Shown: positions 52,824 through 64,000, counted from the stretch's first letter. The stretch is 64,000 nucleotides of DNA from Histomonas meleagridis 2922-C6/04-290x (GCA_020184695.1 JAANOX010000242.1:1-64000), one strand, 5' to 3'. The notes: generated by a model not told the origin, from the sequence alone. Made by a program: numbers and translations.

Positions 52824-53417
52824 TTAGTTTAGACGAATTTGTTGTATATATTTGCTATAGAAGTAAATGCATAGGAATAATAATATTTGGAATCCTACAA
52901 AATATGATATAGCTTGTGTTGTGGTTGTCTTCTTGTATTGTCCTACTGATTTTACAACCTTCTTCTGAACCTTTTCAGATACTTCTCTATTTTGATCAAG
53001 TGATTTAGAAACAATTTCACGAAGAGAACCAATAATTTCTTTCCTGACTTGTTTCATTGATGTTTGAAGCTCAACACGAGTTTCATTTACCAACTTATCA
53101 ATATCTCCTTTAAGTTTGTCTGCTTCACTTTGTAATTGTTGAAATTCTTTTTTCATTTCACGATCACGTGCATCAACTGAATTTAAAACAGTATGAAGAT
53201 GTGACCCAATCTCGTATTCAATCTCGTAGCGTGTTGCTGCAGAATCAATTATAGTAGCTAATTCTGTTAAAGCCCAAATGATTGCTTGATATTTTTGTCC
53301 TTGTGTTTTTAAATTATTATATTCAAGTAAGTACCTTTCGGCTATAGTTTGTTCATGGTCATCCGAATCTGCGCTAGCTGATAATCCGAATAAAGAAAGA
53401 AAAACGAGACCAAACAT
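52824..53417 (-). CDS. Type I membrane coiled-coil protein
   Basis: Signal peptide, long coiled coil and C-terminal TM helix (AISYFVGFQILLFLCIYFY) with a short tail. Confidence 0.65.
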   Translation of the reverse strand: MFGLVFLSLFGLSASADSDDHEQTIAERYLLEYNNLKTQGQKYQAIIWALTELATIIDSAATRYEIEYEIGSHLHTVLNSVDARDREMKKEFQQLQSEADKLKGDIDKLVNETRVELQTSMKQVRKEIIGSLREIVSKSLDQNREVSEKVQKKVVKSVGQYKKTTTTQAISYFVGFQILLFLCIYFYSKYIQQIRLN

Positions 53418-53481
53418 CGGATGGCAAAAACCGTTTTATGACACAGATTCAATTGCAATAACCGTTAGTAAATTTATTAAA

Positions 53482-53871
53482 ATGTCGCGAACGGTTGAAT
53501 TAGAAAAAAAAGTAGCACTTTTACATAAAAACAGAAAATTTGGTGCAACTCGAAAATTAACGGCTGCTAAATTCTTCATGCAAAGTGGAAGTCAAACTCC
53601 TTCAATCCGAGAATCTAGAAGCCCATCTTATACAAAGAAAACTTACGACCAAAGGCGTAAGAAAATTATTGATTTTCTCACGAGTTTCAAAGGTGCAATT
53701 GTATTTGGATTTGTTTCATATTTGATTTTTGCTATTTGTGTTATACTTCATAATCATGTTTCTAACAAAGGACCAGTTGTTTTTGGTGCAGGTTTAATGT
53801 TTACACTTTTTGGTGTTTTTTATTATTTAGGAACAAAAACAAAAGAAAGGAAACTTAAGCAACATCAATAA
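53482..53871 (+). CDS. Small two-TM membrane protein
   Basis: Basic N-terminus and two hydrophobic helices (GAIVFGFVSYLIFAICVIL; VVFGAGLMFTLFGVFYYL). Confidence 0.6.
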   Translation: MSRTVELEKKVALLHKNRKFGATRKLTAAKFFMQSGSQTPSIRESRSPSYTKKTYDQRRKKIIDFLTSFKGAIVFGFVSYLIFAICVILHNHVSNKGPVVFGAGLMFTLFGVFYYLGTKTKERKLKQHQ

Positions 53872-53982
53872 AATAAATTTTTTGTACTTCTTTTTTTTAA
53901 TATTTAAGTTTAAAATCAACATTAAGTCTCCATTTTGTTCATTAACATTTTGTAACGTATTTTTCGGCCGTTTATTAATGCA

Positions 53983-56900
53983 ATGAAATCCATATTCCCA
54001 CTCCGGCTTCAAAATTCCACAATATTATTTCCAAATACATTTATTACAACTACTAGTCGGCATGTTATTCAAATTTTTAATGATAGTTCTCAACAAGTAA
54101 AATATTCATTTCATAAGCTTTCATCAAAAGAAATAGCAAAACTATTACAACAACCATACAGTGAAAATTCACTCCAAAATCGTGATGGATTTTTATATTC
54201 ATCACCTAATTTTGAAATTGATTCAATAGAAGGAGAAATCTGGCCTAATAGTTCAGAACAAATTGTTATTTCATTTACTCCGACAGAAAATAAATCATAT
54301 GAATCAAAATGTTATTTAAGTTGTAATGGTTTTATACAAGAACTTGAAGTTACATTAAAAGGAAATGGAATACCACCATCATGTCATTTTAATTTTTCAT
54401 CAATAAATGTTGGACATGTAGCATTAGAAAGTGTACTTGAATATGAAGTATTATTAGAGAATTCAGGTAATGTTCCTGTCTCATTTCAACTTGAACATCG
54501 ATTTATAAATGGACTCGAATTTAACTTTGAACCTGAATGTGGAATTTTACCGATTTCACAATCAATTCCAATACGAATTACATTTATAGCTAATCAAGTT
54601 CGACAATTTAATGAGACTTTTACATATAAAATTAAAAATGCAATTGATAATCATCCAACAATTACATTATATGGAAGAGTATTAGGACCAACATTTAATA
54701 TTTCGGTGAATTCAATTGATTTCGGTTCTGTTTCATGTGGAACATTTTTAAAGAAATCATTTTTCATAACAAATTTATCGAAAATTCCATTTGATTTTTT
54801 CTTTAAAACTTCAGATAATGGAATGTTTAATCGGAAAGAATTTAATATTCATCCAATCGCTGGTTTTATTGAACAAAATGGACAACAAGAAATAGAAATC
54901 GAATTTATTCCATCAGATGAAAAAAATGTTAATATTGAATTATATTTTAATATTAATAAAGTTGGAAATAAATTAAAAACAATTTCTTTAACTGCTACAA
55001 TTGTAACTCCAAAAATTCATTTCGAACAAGCTGAAATTAATGTCGGAAAAGTTTTCATAGGACATGAAACAAAACATATTTTAACAATTATTAATGATTT
55101 AGATTTAACAGCAAATTTCGAATTTGTTCCACCTGATTTTGAGAATAGTCTTTTTGGTAAAATTTATTGTGAACAAATTAGAGGTCGAATAGAACCTTTA
55201 AGTAAATTTGAATTAAATATTTCATTAACTACTTGTTTAGTAGGTTCTTTTAGAATCAAATCGGGAATAAAATTATTTGGAACCGATGTAATAATTCCTT
55301 TTGTGTTAATTGGTGAATCTTCAGGTCCAGTTTTAGAAATATCACCTTTAAATATTCACTTTGGTAAAATCGAAGTTTTAAATGATTTTACCAAAGAAAT
55401 TAAAATTTATAATAATTCGCCAATTATTGCAAATTATGAATTATCAATTGAATCCAAGTTAAAAGTATTTAAAGTTTTCCCTGAAATTGGTATAATTCAA
55501 CCAAATGAAACAATCGAAATCAAAATTAGTGCAAATTTAGATGAAGCAACGACTTTTATAGGGAATTTAATAATGATAGTTAAACATAATAATGTTGTTA
55601 ATATACCAATTAAAGCTATAGGAACTGGAGTACCTATAACTACTACATTACCAAAAGATATATTAAATTTAGGAAATATTTTAACAGAACATATATTTAA
55701 AAAGGAATTTAAAATTAAAAATTTAGGACGTAAAACGTGTTCAATTTTATATTCATATCAAAAGCCGAAAATATTAAATTGTTCATTAGAATCATTTCAT
55801 TTCTCAATAATACCAAATAAAATTGATATTTTACCTAACGAAGAAAAAATATTTGAAATTAATATTGATTGTAAAGAAGAAACAAATTTATTAATTGGAT
55901 TTCAATGTAACTCAACAATAAAAGAAAATAGAAAAGTTATTTCTACTCCACAAATTCAAGCAATTTTTGTTCATCCGAAAATTATATTTTCCGAAAAAGA
56001 AATAATATTCGAACATATTCATGATTATATAAAAGAAAATGAACTTGATAAATTTCATATCGATACTATTTCTCCATCAAAAGAATTACTTCCAATACAA
56101 ACGAAAACATTTTCAATCACAAACTTAAATGAAATGGATGTTGAATGTAATTCTTTTATTAAAAGTCCATTTTCTTTATCAGAAACAAAGTTTATACTTA
56201 AGCCAAATATACCATATGAATTAACTATAACATTTGATCCTAAAATTAAAACAGATTTTAACTCGGAAACAATTGAAAATTATTTATATATAATGCATGG
56301 AAATCATTCGATAAAGTTTAAATTACCTATAAAAGCGATTTTCGTATTTCCGAATATCGAATTTTCAATGAAAACAATTAATTTTGGAATAATTCAAATT
56401 AATACTGAAAAATCAATTGAAATAAAAATGAAAAATGGCCTTTTACCTACAACTTGGAATTGGGAAATCATTAAAAATAATGAAGAAGATAGCGGTATAT
56501 TTGAAATTTATCCAATTCGTGGAAATATGGAAAAAGATGGAATAGAAAATGTACATTTTACATTTAATCCTTTATTAAAAGAACAAGAAAAAAGTTATAA
56601 ATATACATCGAAAGCTATTTGTCATGTACAAGGTGGACCTGATTATATATTTGAATTAATAGGTGAAGCTGTAAATTTCGATTTTGATGTTGAACCTTCT
56701 AATTTTGATTTCGGTTATGTGAATTATAGTCAAAGAATTACAAAAACATTTAAAATTCGTAATAAAACTCAAAATAAGGATACGTTTAAAATTAACGTTC
56801 CACAAAGTTGTAAATTTGATGAAATTAATTTTTTTCCTTCAGAAGGTGAAATTGGAGAATTTGAAACTATATCTGTTAAAATTTCAATAATTCCTGGTTT

Positions 56901-59900
56901 TCCAATGGAATATTTCGAAACTTTTATAATCCATTTTGGTGAATTCCATGAAATGTTATTTGAAATTCATTTAAATGCTTCTTTTGAACAAATCGAATTA
57001 TCTATTCCACGAATTAATGAAAACGAAATTGAAAATTATGAAAACCAAAACAAAACAGAATTAAATAAAATTAGAACTTTTTTAACTCAACAAAAAACTT
57101 GTCCACAAACACCAAAAAAGAGGAAATCGACAAAATTAATTCAACAAAATTTATTTTCATTGTCAACTTATTTATTAGATCTTGGTGAAATTACATATGG
57201 AGAAAATTTTTTAAAGACATTTACTTTGATAAATAAATCAAATTTTTGTATTTCAGGTAAATTAAATTGTAATTCATTAGATCAAATATTAATAATCGAG
57301 CCAATTGAATTTAACAAACTTAAACCTAATGAAGAAATAATTTTTAAAGTATATATTAATGTGAATGAAGAACTTGAAAGTAATAAAGAAATTAATTTTA
57401 TGATTCCAATTGTTTTTAGGAATTTGTTTTCTGTGAACATAAAATTTATTGGAAAAATTAATATTCCAACAATTTCACTTACACAAAATACATTTAATTT
57501 TTCGAATGTAATTATCGGACAATATTCGATTATATCATTTCAAATACAAAACATGAATTCTAATGCTATCGAATATGAAATCAACGAAACGAAAAAAGAT
57601 TTTAAAAATAATTTTCTAATAACACCACAAATAGGTCAAATCGAATCACAATCATATCAAAACATTGAAATTAAATTCTTTCCTAAAGAAGAAAAAACTT
57701 ATGAACAAAAGTTAATATTAAATATAAAATTTCAACCAAATTCATTTCCTATATATATAAAAGGTAATGGAATTAAAATTAATGTAAAATTCGAACCTTC
57801 AATTTTAGAATTTCCAAATTCTTTACCTTTTACAGAACCGAATCCTATAAATGTTAAAATTATTAATGACACAATGTTTCCAATTGAATTGTTTTCAATT
57901 CAATTTGATTTTTTAAAATCAATAAATGAAATGTTAAAACAAAAAAACCTTCCTTCATTAACACAAGCGAAAATCGAAAATTCAACTGAATTTTTAGAGA
58001 CAATTAATAAAAATTTATCTATTTGTATTATTGTACATGGAGTTTCTAAAAGTGGAAAAACTACAGTTTCGAAAATCATTTCGAATTATTTAGAAATTCC
58101 AATTATAAATTTAACTGAAGTTTGGAATGATTTATTAAATACTGAAGAAAATAATGAAGAATTATATGTTAATAAATTAATTGAAGTAATTGATAATGAT
58201 AAATATCAAAAAGGTTTTGTTATTGATGGATTAGATGTATTTAAAGAAGATGAAGAAAATTTGGAACAATTTTTAAGTCATTACATTAAACAAAAGAATA
58301 TTTTCGAAGAAATAAATAAAAAACCTTTTACTGTATTTACACATCAAAAGTTATTATCATGGGAAATAACTTTAAATTATATCATTCAATCACTTGATAA
58401 TCATTATGTTTACTTTGTATGTATAAAACCTAATGAAGAAGAAATTCGTGAAAGAGAAATAAACTTAGAGAAAATCGAAAAAGAAAATCAACAAATTAAA
58501 CAAACAGAACTACGAAATTACTTAATGCAAATGGATGAAGAACAATATGAATTACAAGATCAAGAAGAAAAAGAAAAAACAGATTTACAAAGAAAAGAAA
58601 TTCGTGATAAAACTATAAGTGAAATACAAAAACAAATTAATGAACAAGAACAAATTAAAACTTCTTCACGAAGATTACATAGAAGACATAAAACACGAAG
58701 TAGAAGTCCAAATAAATCAAAAACAGAAACAAATATTATCGAAAAGAAAAAAATTAAAACAAAATCCGGAGTTCCAGTTGATAAAATTTCATTATCTATT
58801 TTAAAGTTTGAGTTTTTACTTGGTTCATTATATCAAAAAATTAGTAATGAAGCTCAAAACTTTTATATATTACAAAGAGAAATAGAAATTAATGATGAAG
58901 AATTAAATAATTTATGTTATTATTCTAAAAACACTATTTTAATCTCAGGAACAATTGAAGATTTCGAAAAAGAAATTATAACTTTTATTCCTAATATTAA
59001 ACAAATGAAAGAAATTATTTTTAATTCTTTAATACCTCCAAGAAAAGATGAAATCATTGAATATGAAATCCCAAAACGTTTAAAAGTTGATCGAAAAACA
59101 AATTATTTTAAAATTGTTTCTGATGACGTATTAAATGATATACAAGTTGAAGAAGATAATCATCGACGTCCTTCAACTTCATCATCAAGAAATCGAAGAA
59201 ATAGACGAAGGAAAAATAAAACGGAAATATTATTATCACAATTTCCTTTTCTTGAAGAAATTGATTTAACAAAATTTACTCCGCGTTGGAAAATTAATCC
59301 AAATTCCGAAAAAGAAATTAAAGTTTATTTTAAGCCTAAAACTATAGGAACTATTAAAGAATATTTTTATTTCGGTGTTACTACTTGTAAATCCGCAATT
59401 TTTAAATTGCCTTTAATAGGTTATTGTGAATATCCTGATATAGATCGATCAATTCATAATATGTTTAATAAAGTAGTAAAACGGTATACATCGAAAACGA
59501 GATTTTCTTATGTCGAAAATAAAAATTCGTTTTATTTTGGTCCTTTATTAATATTAGGATCAAAACCTATACGTAATTCTCCATATAATTTCCAATTAAA
59601 ACTTTTTAATCATTCACATTATAATTGTGAGATTTCAACATATTTAACAAATAATAATCCGAAACTTTTTAATGTTGAACCTTCTTCACATAATTTAAAA
59701 CCTCAAAAAACGATTTCTTTAAATGTAAGTGTTTATCCTATAAAACCTGAAATTATACAAACAAATTTAATAATATTTATTAAAGATAATCCTGAGCCAA
59801 TTTTTATACCATTAATAGCTGAAGGAATAATTCCACAAATTGAAATTAATCCACAGCTTTTAGATTTCGAAAAATGTGTCGTTAAACAAGAGAAATCTAT

Positions 59901-62900
59901 TGATATGAGTTTAATTAACAAATGTAAAGTTCCTTTAGTTTGTGTTTTAAAGCATTTTAATCATTTAATACCAATGTTAACATTTTCATCAACACAAGAA
60001 ATCATTCAACCAAATTCAACTAATATTATAAAAGTAAATTTTTCATCACAAAAAATTATTAATTTTAAGAAAAACTTTCAAATAGAAGTTTTCGATGAAA
60101 ATAAATCACATTCATTTTTGACATTTCCTATAAATGTACAAGGTGAATTTGTTGATACACATTTCGAAATAATTTATCCTCGTGGAATGAAACTTTTAAA
60201 TTTCGGTCAAATTATTCCATCCGAAAAGAAATCTTTAACATTAACAATAAAAAATCGAAGTAAATTTAGTGCGAATTATAAATTTGAATTTTTAATAAAA
60301 ACTTTAAATCAATATTTTAAAATTGATCGTCCAACAGGTGTAATTGAACCTGGAGAAAAAGGTATTAATATAAATATAACATTTTCATGTCCAATTAAAA
60401 TTAATGTTGAAAATAAAAATCTTTTTAATTTAATAATTACTGATTCTTCAATAATATCATTTACTAAAGAATTTGTTATCCCTGTAAATGTTAAAACTTA
60501 TTATTCCGAATTTGAACTTGATCCAAACGATGGTATAACATTTACATCTGTACCTATAAATACGCCAACAATTAAAACTTTTACTCTTAAAAATATTGGC
60601 GAGTTTCCATTTAATTTTGAACTTCATCCGAATCCAGAAGATTTATTAAATGCTAATAATAATAAAAAGTTTAATCGTAAATCATCTTTACAAACTAATA
60701 GTATTAATAATCGATCAAGTTCACCAATACGTAGTAAAATATTAAAAAATAAAGTTAATAATATTGCTATACAATCAGGGCCATTTAAAATTAATCCAAG
60801 TTCAGGTACAATTTTACCGAATTCTATTGTTACATTTAATGTTGAATTTAATTCGACTTTATTAAAAGTTTATGAAACTTTTCTCATATTAAAAATCCCT
60901 AATATTGATCCAAACTTAAATGAAATTCATTATAAACTTAGTGGCTCTTCTTTTATTCCTGGAATTTCTAATTCTGATTATGAACAAATATTTAAAAACC
61001 AATATTTGTGTGTACGTTCTGATATAAACAAAAAAGATATAAATGCTTTTCTCGAAGATGAAAACACATTTCATTTTTCTCCTATTTTATTAAACACTAC
61101 AAAAACTATTGACGTGTACTTAAAAAATCCTTTACCAATACCAATTAATATTGATCTAAATATAAAACCTAAAAATAAAGCTGGAATTCCAACATTTCCT
61201 TTTGATATTAATGAAAAGTCATTAACAATTCCTCCAAACGAAGAGAAAATTATAAAATTAAGTTTTAATCCAAAAAATTGTGATTCATTTATAGGATATT
61301 TCGAGGCTAATGTTAAAGGTGGAACACAAAATGATACAAAATGTTTAAAGTTTTGTGTCGAAGGAATTGGTACATTACCTTCAATAAAAATAATTTCGAT
61401 TTTAGAAAAGCCGAAAAATAATATTTATCAAATTAATTTCGGTAGAGTTACACTAAACTCGAAAAGAACGAAAATTATTACATTAAAAAATGATTCTTGT
61501 TTAGCTGCAACATTAAAAATTACTTCAAAACCTTCAATCGATTTTCATATTAAAGATGAACATAAATTCTTTGAAAATATAATAATAGCACCAAATAAAA
61601 AATTGAATTTTTGCGTAATTTATAACCCTAAAAAACCACAAAAATCAAATTTCGATATAAATATTTCTCTTATCGAAAATCCAAAATATGATTTAAATTT
61701 ACAATTTTTCGGTGAAGGATTCTTAGATGATATAATATTCGAAACTATAAATAACGAAGAAAGTAATGATATAATGTTCAAAAATAATGTCGTAGGTCGA
61801 CCTGATCAAATTAAATTCTTAATGAAAAATACATCAAACAATAGCTTCCGTTTTGAATGGGGTAACCACCACAACTTAACTTTTTCACCGAAGATTGGTC
61901 ACCTCCATTCAAATCAATCCAAAGAAATTGTGTTAACGTTCTTCACCGAAAAGCCGATCAAAATCAATTCATTAAAAATTCCTTTACAATGTACGAAAAT
62001 AGAATTTATTGATCCAAATCCTCCTGATTGGGATGACACGTGTAAGCAAAGAGTTTTTAAGGATATAATTAAAGAAGAAAACAAAGAAAATGAAAATCAA
62101 GTTGAACAACCAATTATTGAAACACCTAAAAAACAGATTAAACCAAAACAAAACAATACTACTAGAAGATCATCATTAAAACAAAATGAGTCACGAAAAT
62201 TAACTCGAAGACAAAATGAATCAAATTCATCAATCTCAAAACAATTCGAAAGAAGGTCATCATTAAAGTCAAATTTAAGCTCATCATTACCCAAACCAGC
62301 CGAAAATCTGAATAACAACAATTCATTAACACAAGCAAATAATAATAATAATTCAATATCAAAACAAAATGAACCTAATGCACAAGTAAGTTCATATGAA
62401 ATTGCACCAGAACCTAATTACCGCATAATAAATGCTAAACCGAAAGACATATTTTTATATGTTAATGCAATATCCGATTTGATTCGTTACCAAATTGACA
62501 CTCGCGAAATCACATTTTCGCCGACTATGATGTACCAGTCTCGTGTCTATGACGTCAAACTTACGAATACTTCGCAAATCCGACTTGACTACAAATGGAT
62601 CTTCGAAAGTTTCACGTCGACAAACAACAACGAAAACCCATTTTCGATAACTCCCAATTGCGGATCCATAAACAGCGGACAAACGCTTACGTTTAAAGTC
62701 CGTTTTTCACCGATTGAAGCCGACGACTTCAGTGCTACGTATAAATGCCAAATTCCGTTTCTCTCTGTTATGAAGCCTCCTCTTCTAAATCTTTCGGGGA
62801 TATCGAAGCGCCCTTTGTGTCATTTCAATGTGCAAATGAGCGATTACTTAACTGCGAACCGAAGAAGTCCTTTGTACAAAGATAAGTTGCCGGACAATGT

Positions 62901-63198
62901 TCAAGTCTTCGAAATAATATCAAAAAGAATCAACGAAAAAGTCTTAAAGAACTTCGACATCATTAACCCGACTGCGATTCCTTACGAAGTCGATTGGAAT
63001 CAAGTGACGAAAGATAAAAATTGTCCGATAAAATGTTTGGTGCCCCACGCGCTGATATCGAGCGGAAAGAAATACAATTTCGCGTTTTCGTTTTGCCCAA
63101 ATTCCATGAAAACTGTGGAAACGCTGTGGGTGTTCACAATCAAGGAACACGATATTAGAATAAATTTCTTGATTGTTGGTAGAATATTACCAGAATAA
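53983..63198 (+). CDS. HYDIN: Hydin-like axonemal central-pair protein
   Basis: 3071 aa of tandem ASH/PapD-like Ig repeats (FG.V......L.N), a kinase-like P-loop VHGVSKSGKTT and the C-terminal SKRPLCHF...VG motif. Confidence 0.9.
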   Translation: MKSIFPLRLQNSTILFPNTFITTTSRHVIQIFNDSSQQVKYSFHKLSSKEIAKLLQQPYSENSLQNRDGFLYSSPNFEIDSIEGEIWPNSSEQIVISFTPTENKSYESKCYLSCNGFIQELEVTLKGNGIPPSCHFNFSSINVGHVALESVLEYEVLLENSGNVPVSFQLEHRFINGLEFNFEPECGILPISQSIPIRITFIANQVRQFNETFTYKIKNAIDNHPTITLYGRVLGPTFNISVNSIDFGSVSCGTFLKKSFFITNLSKIPFDFFFKTSDNGMFNRKEFNIHPIAGFIEQNGQQEIEIEFIPSDEKNVNIELYFNINKVGNKLKTISLTATIVTPKIHFEQAEINVGKVFIGHETKHILTIINDLDLTANFEFVPPDFENSLFGKIYCEQIRGRIEPLSKFELNISLTTCLVGSFRIKSGIKLFGTDVIIPFVLIGESSGPVLEISPLNIHFGKIEVLNDFTKEIKIYNNSPIIANYELSIESKLKVFKVFPEIGIIQPNETIEIKISANLDEATTFIGNLIMIVKHNNVVNIPIKAIGTGVPITTTLPKDILNLGNILTEHIFKKEFKIKNLGRKTCSILYSYQKPKILNCSLESFHFSIIPNKIDILPNEEKIFEINIDCKEETNLLIGFQCNSTIKENRKVISTPQIQAIFVHPKIIFSEKEIIFEHIHDYIKENELDKFHIDTISPSKELLPIQTKTFSITNLNEMDVECNSFIKSPFSLSETKFILKPNIPYELTITFDPKIKTDFNSETIENYLYIMHGNHSIKFKLPIKAIFVFPNIEFSMKTINFGIIQINTEKSIEIKMKNGLLPTTWNWEIIKNNEEDSGIFEIYPIRGNMEKDGIENVHFTFNPLLKEQEKSYKYTSKAICHVQGGPDYIFELIGEAVNFDFDVEPSNFDFGYVNYSQRITKTFKIRNKTQNKDTFKINVPQSCKFDEINFFPSEGEIGEFETISVKISIIPGFPMEYFETFIIHFGEFHEMLFEIHLNASFEQIELSIPRINENEIENYENQNKTELNKIRTFLTQQKTCPQTPKKRKSTKLIQQNLFSLSTYLLDLGEITYGENFLKTFTLINKSNFCISGKLNCNSLDQILIIEPIEFNKLKPNEEIIFKVYINVNEELESNKEINFMIPIVFRNLFSVNIKFIGKINIPTISLTQNTFNFSNVIIGQYSIISFQIQNMNSNAIEYEINETKKDFKNNFLITPQIGQIESQSYQNIEIKFFPKEEKTYEQKLILNIKFQPNSFPIYIKGNGIKINVKFEPSILEFPNSLPFTEPNPINVKIINDTMFPIELFSIQFDFLKSINEMLKQKNLPSLTQAKIENSTEFLETINKNLSICIIVHGVSKSGKTTVSKIISNYLEIPIINLTEVWNDLLNTEENNEELYVNKLIEVIDNDKYQKGFVIDGLDVFKEDEENLEQFLSHYIKQKNIFEEINKKPFTVFTHQKLLSWEITLNYIIQSLDNHYVYFVCIKPNEEEIREREINLEKIEKENQQIKQTELRNYLMQMDEEQYELQDQEEKEKTDLQRKEIRDKTISEIQKQINEQEQIKTSSRRLHRRHKTRSRSPNKSKTETNIIEKKKIKTKSGVPVDKISLSILKFEFLLGSLYQKISNEAQNFYILQREIEINDEELNNLCYYSKNTILISGTIEDFEKEIITFIPNIKQMKEIIFNSLIPPRKDEIIEYEIPKRLKVDRKTNYFKIVSDDVLNDIQVEEDNHRRPSTSSSRNRRNRRRKNKTEILLSQFPFLEEIDLTKFTPRWKINPNSEKEIKVYFKPKTIGTIKEYFYFGVTTCKSAIFKLPLIGYCEYPDIDRSIHNMFNKVVKRYTSKTRFSYVENKNSFYFGPLLILGSKPIRNSPYNFQLKLFNHSHYNCEISTYLTNNNPKLFNVEPSSHNLKPQKTISLNVSVYPIKPEIIQTNLIIFIKDNPEPIFIPLIAEGIIPQIEINPQLLDFEKCVVKQEKSIDMSLINKCKVPLVCVLKHFNHLIPMLTFSSTQEIIQPNSTNIIKVNFSSQKIINFKKNFQIEVFDENKSHSFLTFPINVQGEFVDTHFEIIYPRGMKLLNFGQIIPSEKKSLTLTIKNRSKFSANYKFEFLIKTLNQYFKIDRPTGVIEPGEKGININITFSCPIKINVENKNLFNLIITDSSIISFTKEFVIPVNVKTYYSEFELDPNDGITFTSVPINTPTIKTFTLKNIGEFPFNFELHPNPEDLLNANNNKKFNRKSSLQTNSINNRSSSPIRSKILKNKVNNIAIQSGPFKINPSSGTILPNSIVTFNVEFNSTLLKVYETFLILKIPNIDPNLNEIHYKLSGSSFIPGISNSDYEQIFKNQYLCVRSDINKKDINAFLEDENTFHFSPILLNTTKTIDVYLKNPLPIPINIDLNIKPKNKAGIPTFPFDINEKSLTIPPNEEKIIKLSFNPKNCDSFIGYFEANVKGGTQNDTKCLKFCVEGIGTLPSIKIISILEKPKNNIYQINFGRVTLNSKRTKIITLKNDSCLAATLKITSKPSIDFHIKDEHKFFENIIIAPNKKLNFCVIYNPKKPQKSNFDINISLIENPKYDLNLQFFGEGFLDDIIFETINNEESNDIMFKNNVVGRPDQIKFLMKNTSNNSFRFEWGNHHNLTFSPKIGHLHSNQSKEIVLTFFTEKPIKINSLKIPLQCTKIEFIDPNPPDWDDTCKQRVFKDIIKEENKENENQVEQPIIETPKKQIKPKQNNTTRRSSLKQNESRKLTRRQNESNSSISKQFERRSSLKSNLSSSLPKPAENLNNNNSLTQANNNNNSISKQNEPNAQVSSYEIAPEPNYRIINAKPKDIFLYVNAISDLIRYQIDTREITFSPTMMYQSRVYDVKLTNTSQIRLDYKWIFESFTSTNNNENPFSITPNCGSINSGQTLTFKVRFSPIEADDFSATYKCQIPFLSVMKPPLLNLSGISKRPLCHFNVQMSDYLTANRRSPLYKDKLPDNVQVFEIISKRINEKVLKNFDIINPTAIPYEVDWNQVTKDKNCPIKCLVPHALISSGKKYNFAFSFCPNSMKTVETLWVFTIKEHDIRINFLIVGRILPE

Positions 63199-63223
63199 AT
63201 AAATATATTATGTTTGATATAAA

Positions 63224-63958
63224 TTTGATTTTATATACATTATCTAATTATAAAGAAACAGAGTAAAATTGTATTTGATTTTATATATACATTATCTAAT
63301 TATAAAGAAACAGGGTAAAATTGTATTTGATTTTATATATACATTATCTAATTATAAAGAAACAGAGTAAAATTGTATTTGATTTTATATATACATGTAT
63401 CTAATTATAAAGAAACAGAGTAAAATTGTATTTGATTTTATATATACATTATCTAATTATAAAGAAACAGAGTAAAATTGTATTTGATTTTATATATACA
63501 TTATCTAATTATAAAGAAACAGGGTAAAATTGTATTTGATTTTATATATACATTATCTAATTATAAAGAAACAGAGTAAAATTGTATTTGATTTTATATA
63601 TACATGTATCTAATTATAAAGAAACAGAGTAAAATTGTATTTGATTTTATATATACATGTATCTAATTATAAAGAAACAGGGTAAAATTGTATTTGATTT
63701 TATATATACATTATCTAATTATAAAGAAACAGAGTAAAATTGTATTTGATTTTATATATACATTATCTAATTATAAAGAAACAGAGTAAAATTGTATTTG
63801 ATTTTATATATACATTATCTAATTATAAAGAAACAGGGTAAAATTGTATTTGATTTTATATATACATTATCTAATTATAAAGAAACAGGGTAAAATTGTA
63901 TTTGATTTTATATATACATTATCTAATTATAAAGAAACAGGGTAAAATTGTATTTGAT
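63224..63958. repeat. 52-bp tandem repeat (minisatellite), 14 copies
   Basis: Unit TTTGATTTTATATATACATTATCTAATTATAAAGAAACAG(A/G)GTAAAATTGTA, with three 53-bp variants (CATGTATCT). AAAGAAACAG recurs from 63252 to 63931. Confidence 0.97.
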
Positions 63959-64000
63959 ATAACAACTTTTAAAGTGATCAATAAAAAAAGATAACTCATA

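Noticed and set aside
1972-63150. Many short ORFs nested in or antisense to long genes (for example 3666-3914, 10839-11132, 22917-23123, 42074-42628, 62097-62682)
   Set aside because: They are shadow ORFs expected opposite or within real coding sequence and show no independent motifs.
33081-63198. Functional cluster of flagellar/microtubule genes (CKK, SPEF1, Hydin)
   Set aside because: They are interspersed with unrelated housekeeping genes, and such genes are common in flagellate genomes, so no clustering signal can be supported.
63224-63958. CRISPR array
   Set aside because: The units are contiguous and near-identical with no unique spacers, there are no cas genes, and the context is eukaryotic.
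1-64000. Alternative genetic code (TAA/TAG read as Gln)
   Set aside because: Conserved genes (histones, DRG, TCTP, RPL30) end at TAA at the expected positions, and very long ORFs have no internal TAA or TAG.

Overview
Gene-dense, very AT-rich eukaryotic DNA with about 35 protein-coding genes and the standard genetic code (genes end mostly in TAA). The likely source is a parabasalid protist (Trichomonas/Tritrichomonas/Histomonas-like). Support for that: TCA(T/C)T initiator motifs just upstream of ATGs, a BspA surface protein, a DUF3447-type ankyrin gene, C-terminal F5/8-type domains, a Myb factor, flagellar genes (Hydin, SPEF1, LZTFL1) and a 24-nt intron with the branch point fused to the 3' splice site. 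The species cannot be fixed from this window. The most striking feature is that two unrelated ankyrin-repeat genes (18892-19686 and 24100-26528) are interrupted 11 times in total by short AT-rich inserts. All 11 sit at the same position in the ankyrin beta-hairpin loop. They start with GT or AT, have no usable 3' AG, and six of them shift the frame. Removing them rebuilds intact ankyrin proteins. This suggests a non-canonical excision system (atypical splicing, DNA excision or recoding) acting on ankyrin cassettes whose binding-face residues vary; this is inference and needs RNA data. Other points: two genes appear to start at ACG in a TAA-ACG context, there is a catalytically dead TPR-PPP-F5/8 pseudophosphatase, candidate ORC6 and CKK-domain genes, GC-rich 3' patches in several genes, and a 52-bp satellite flanked by 10-bp direct repeats after Hydin. 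No tRNA, rRNA, CRISPR array or intact transposon was recognised.
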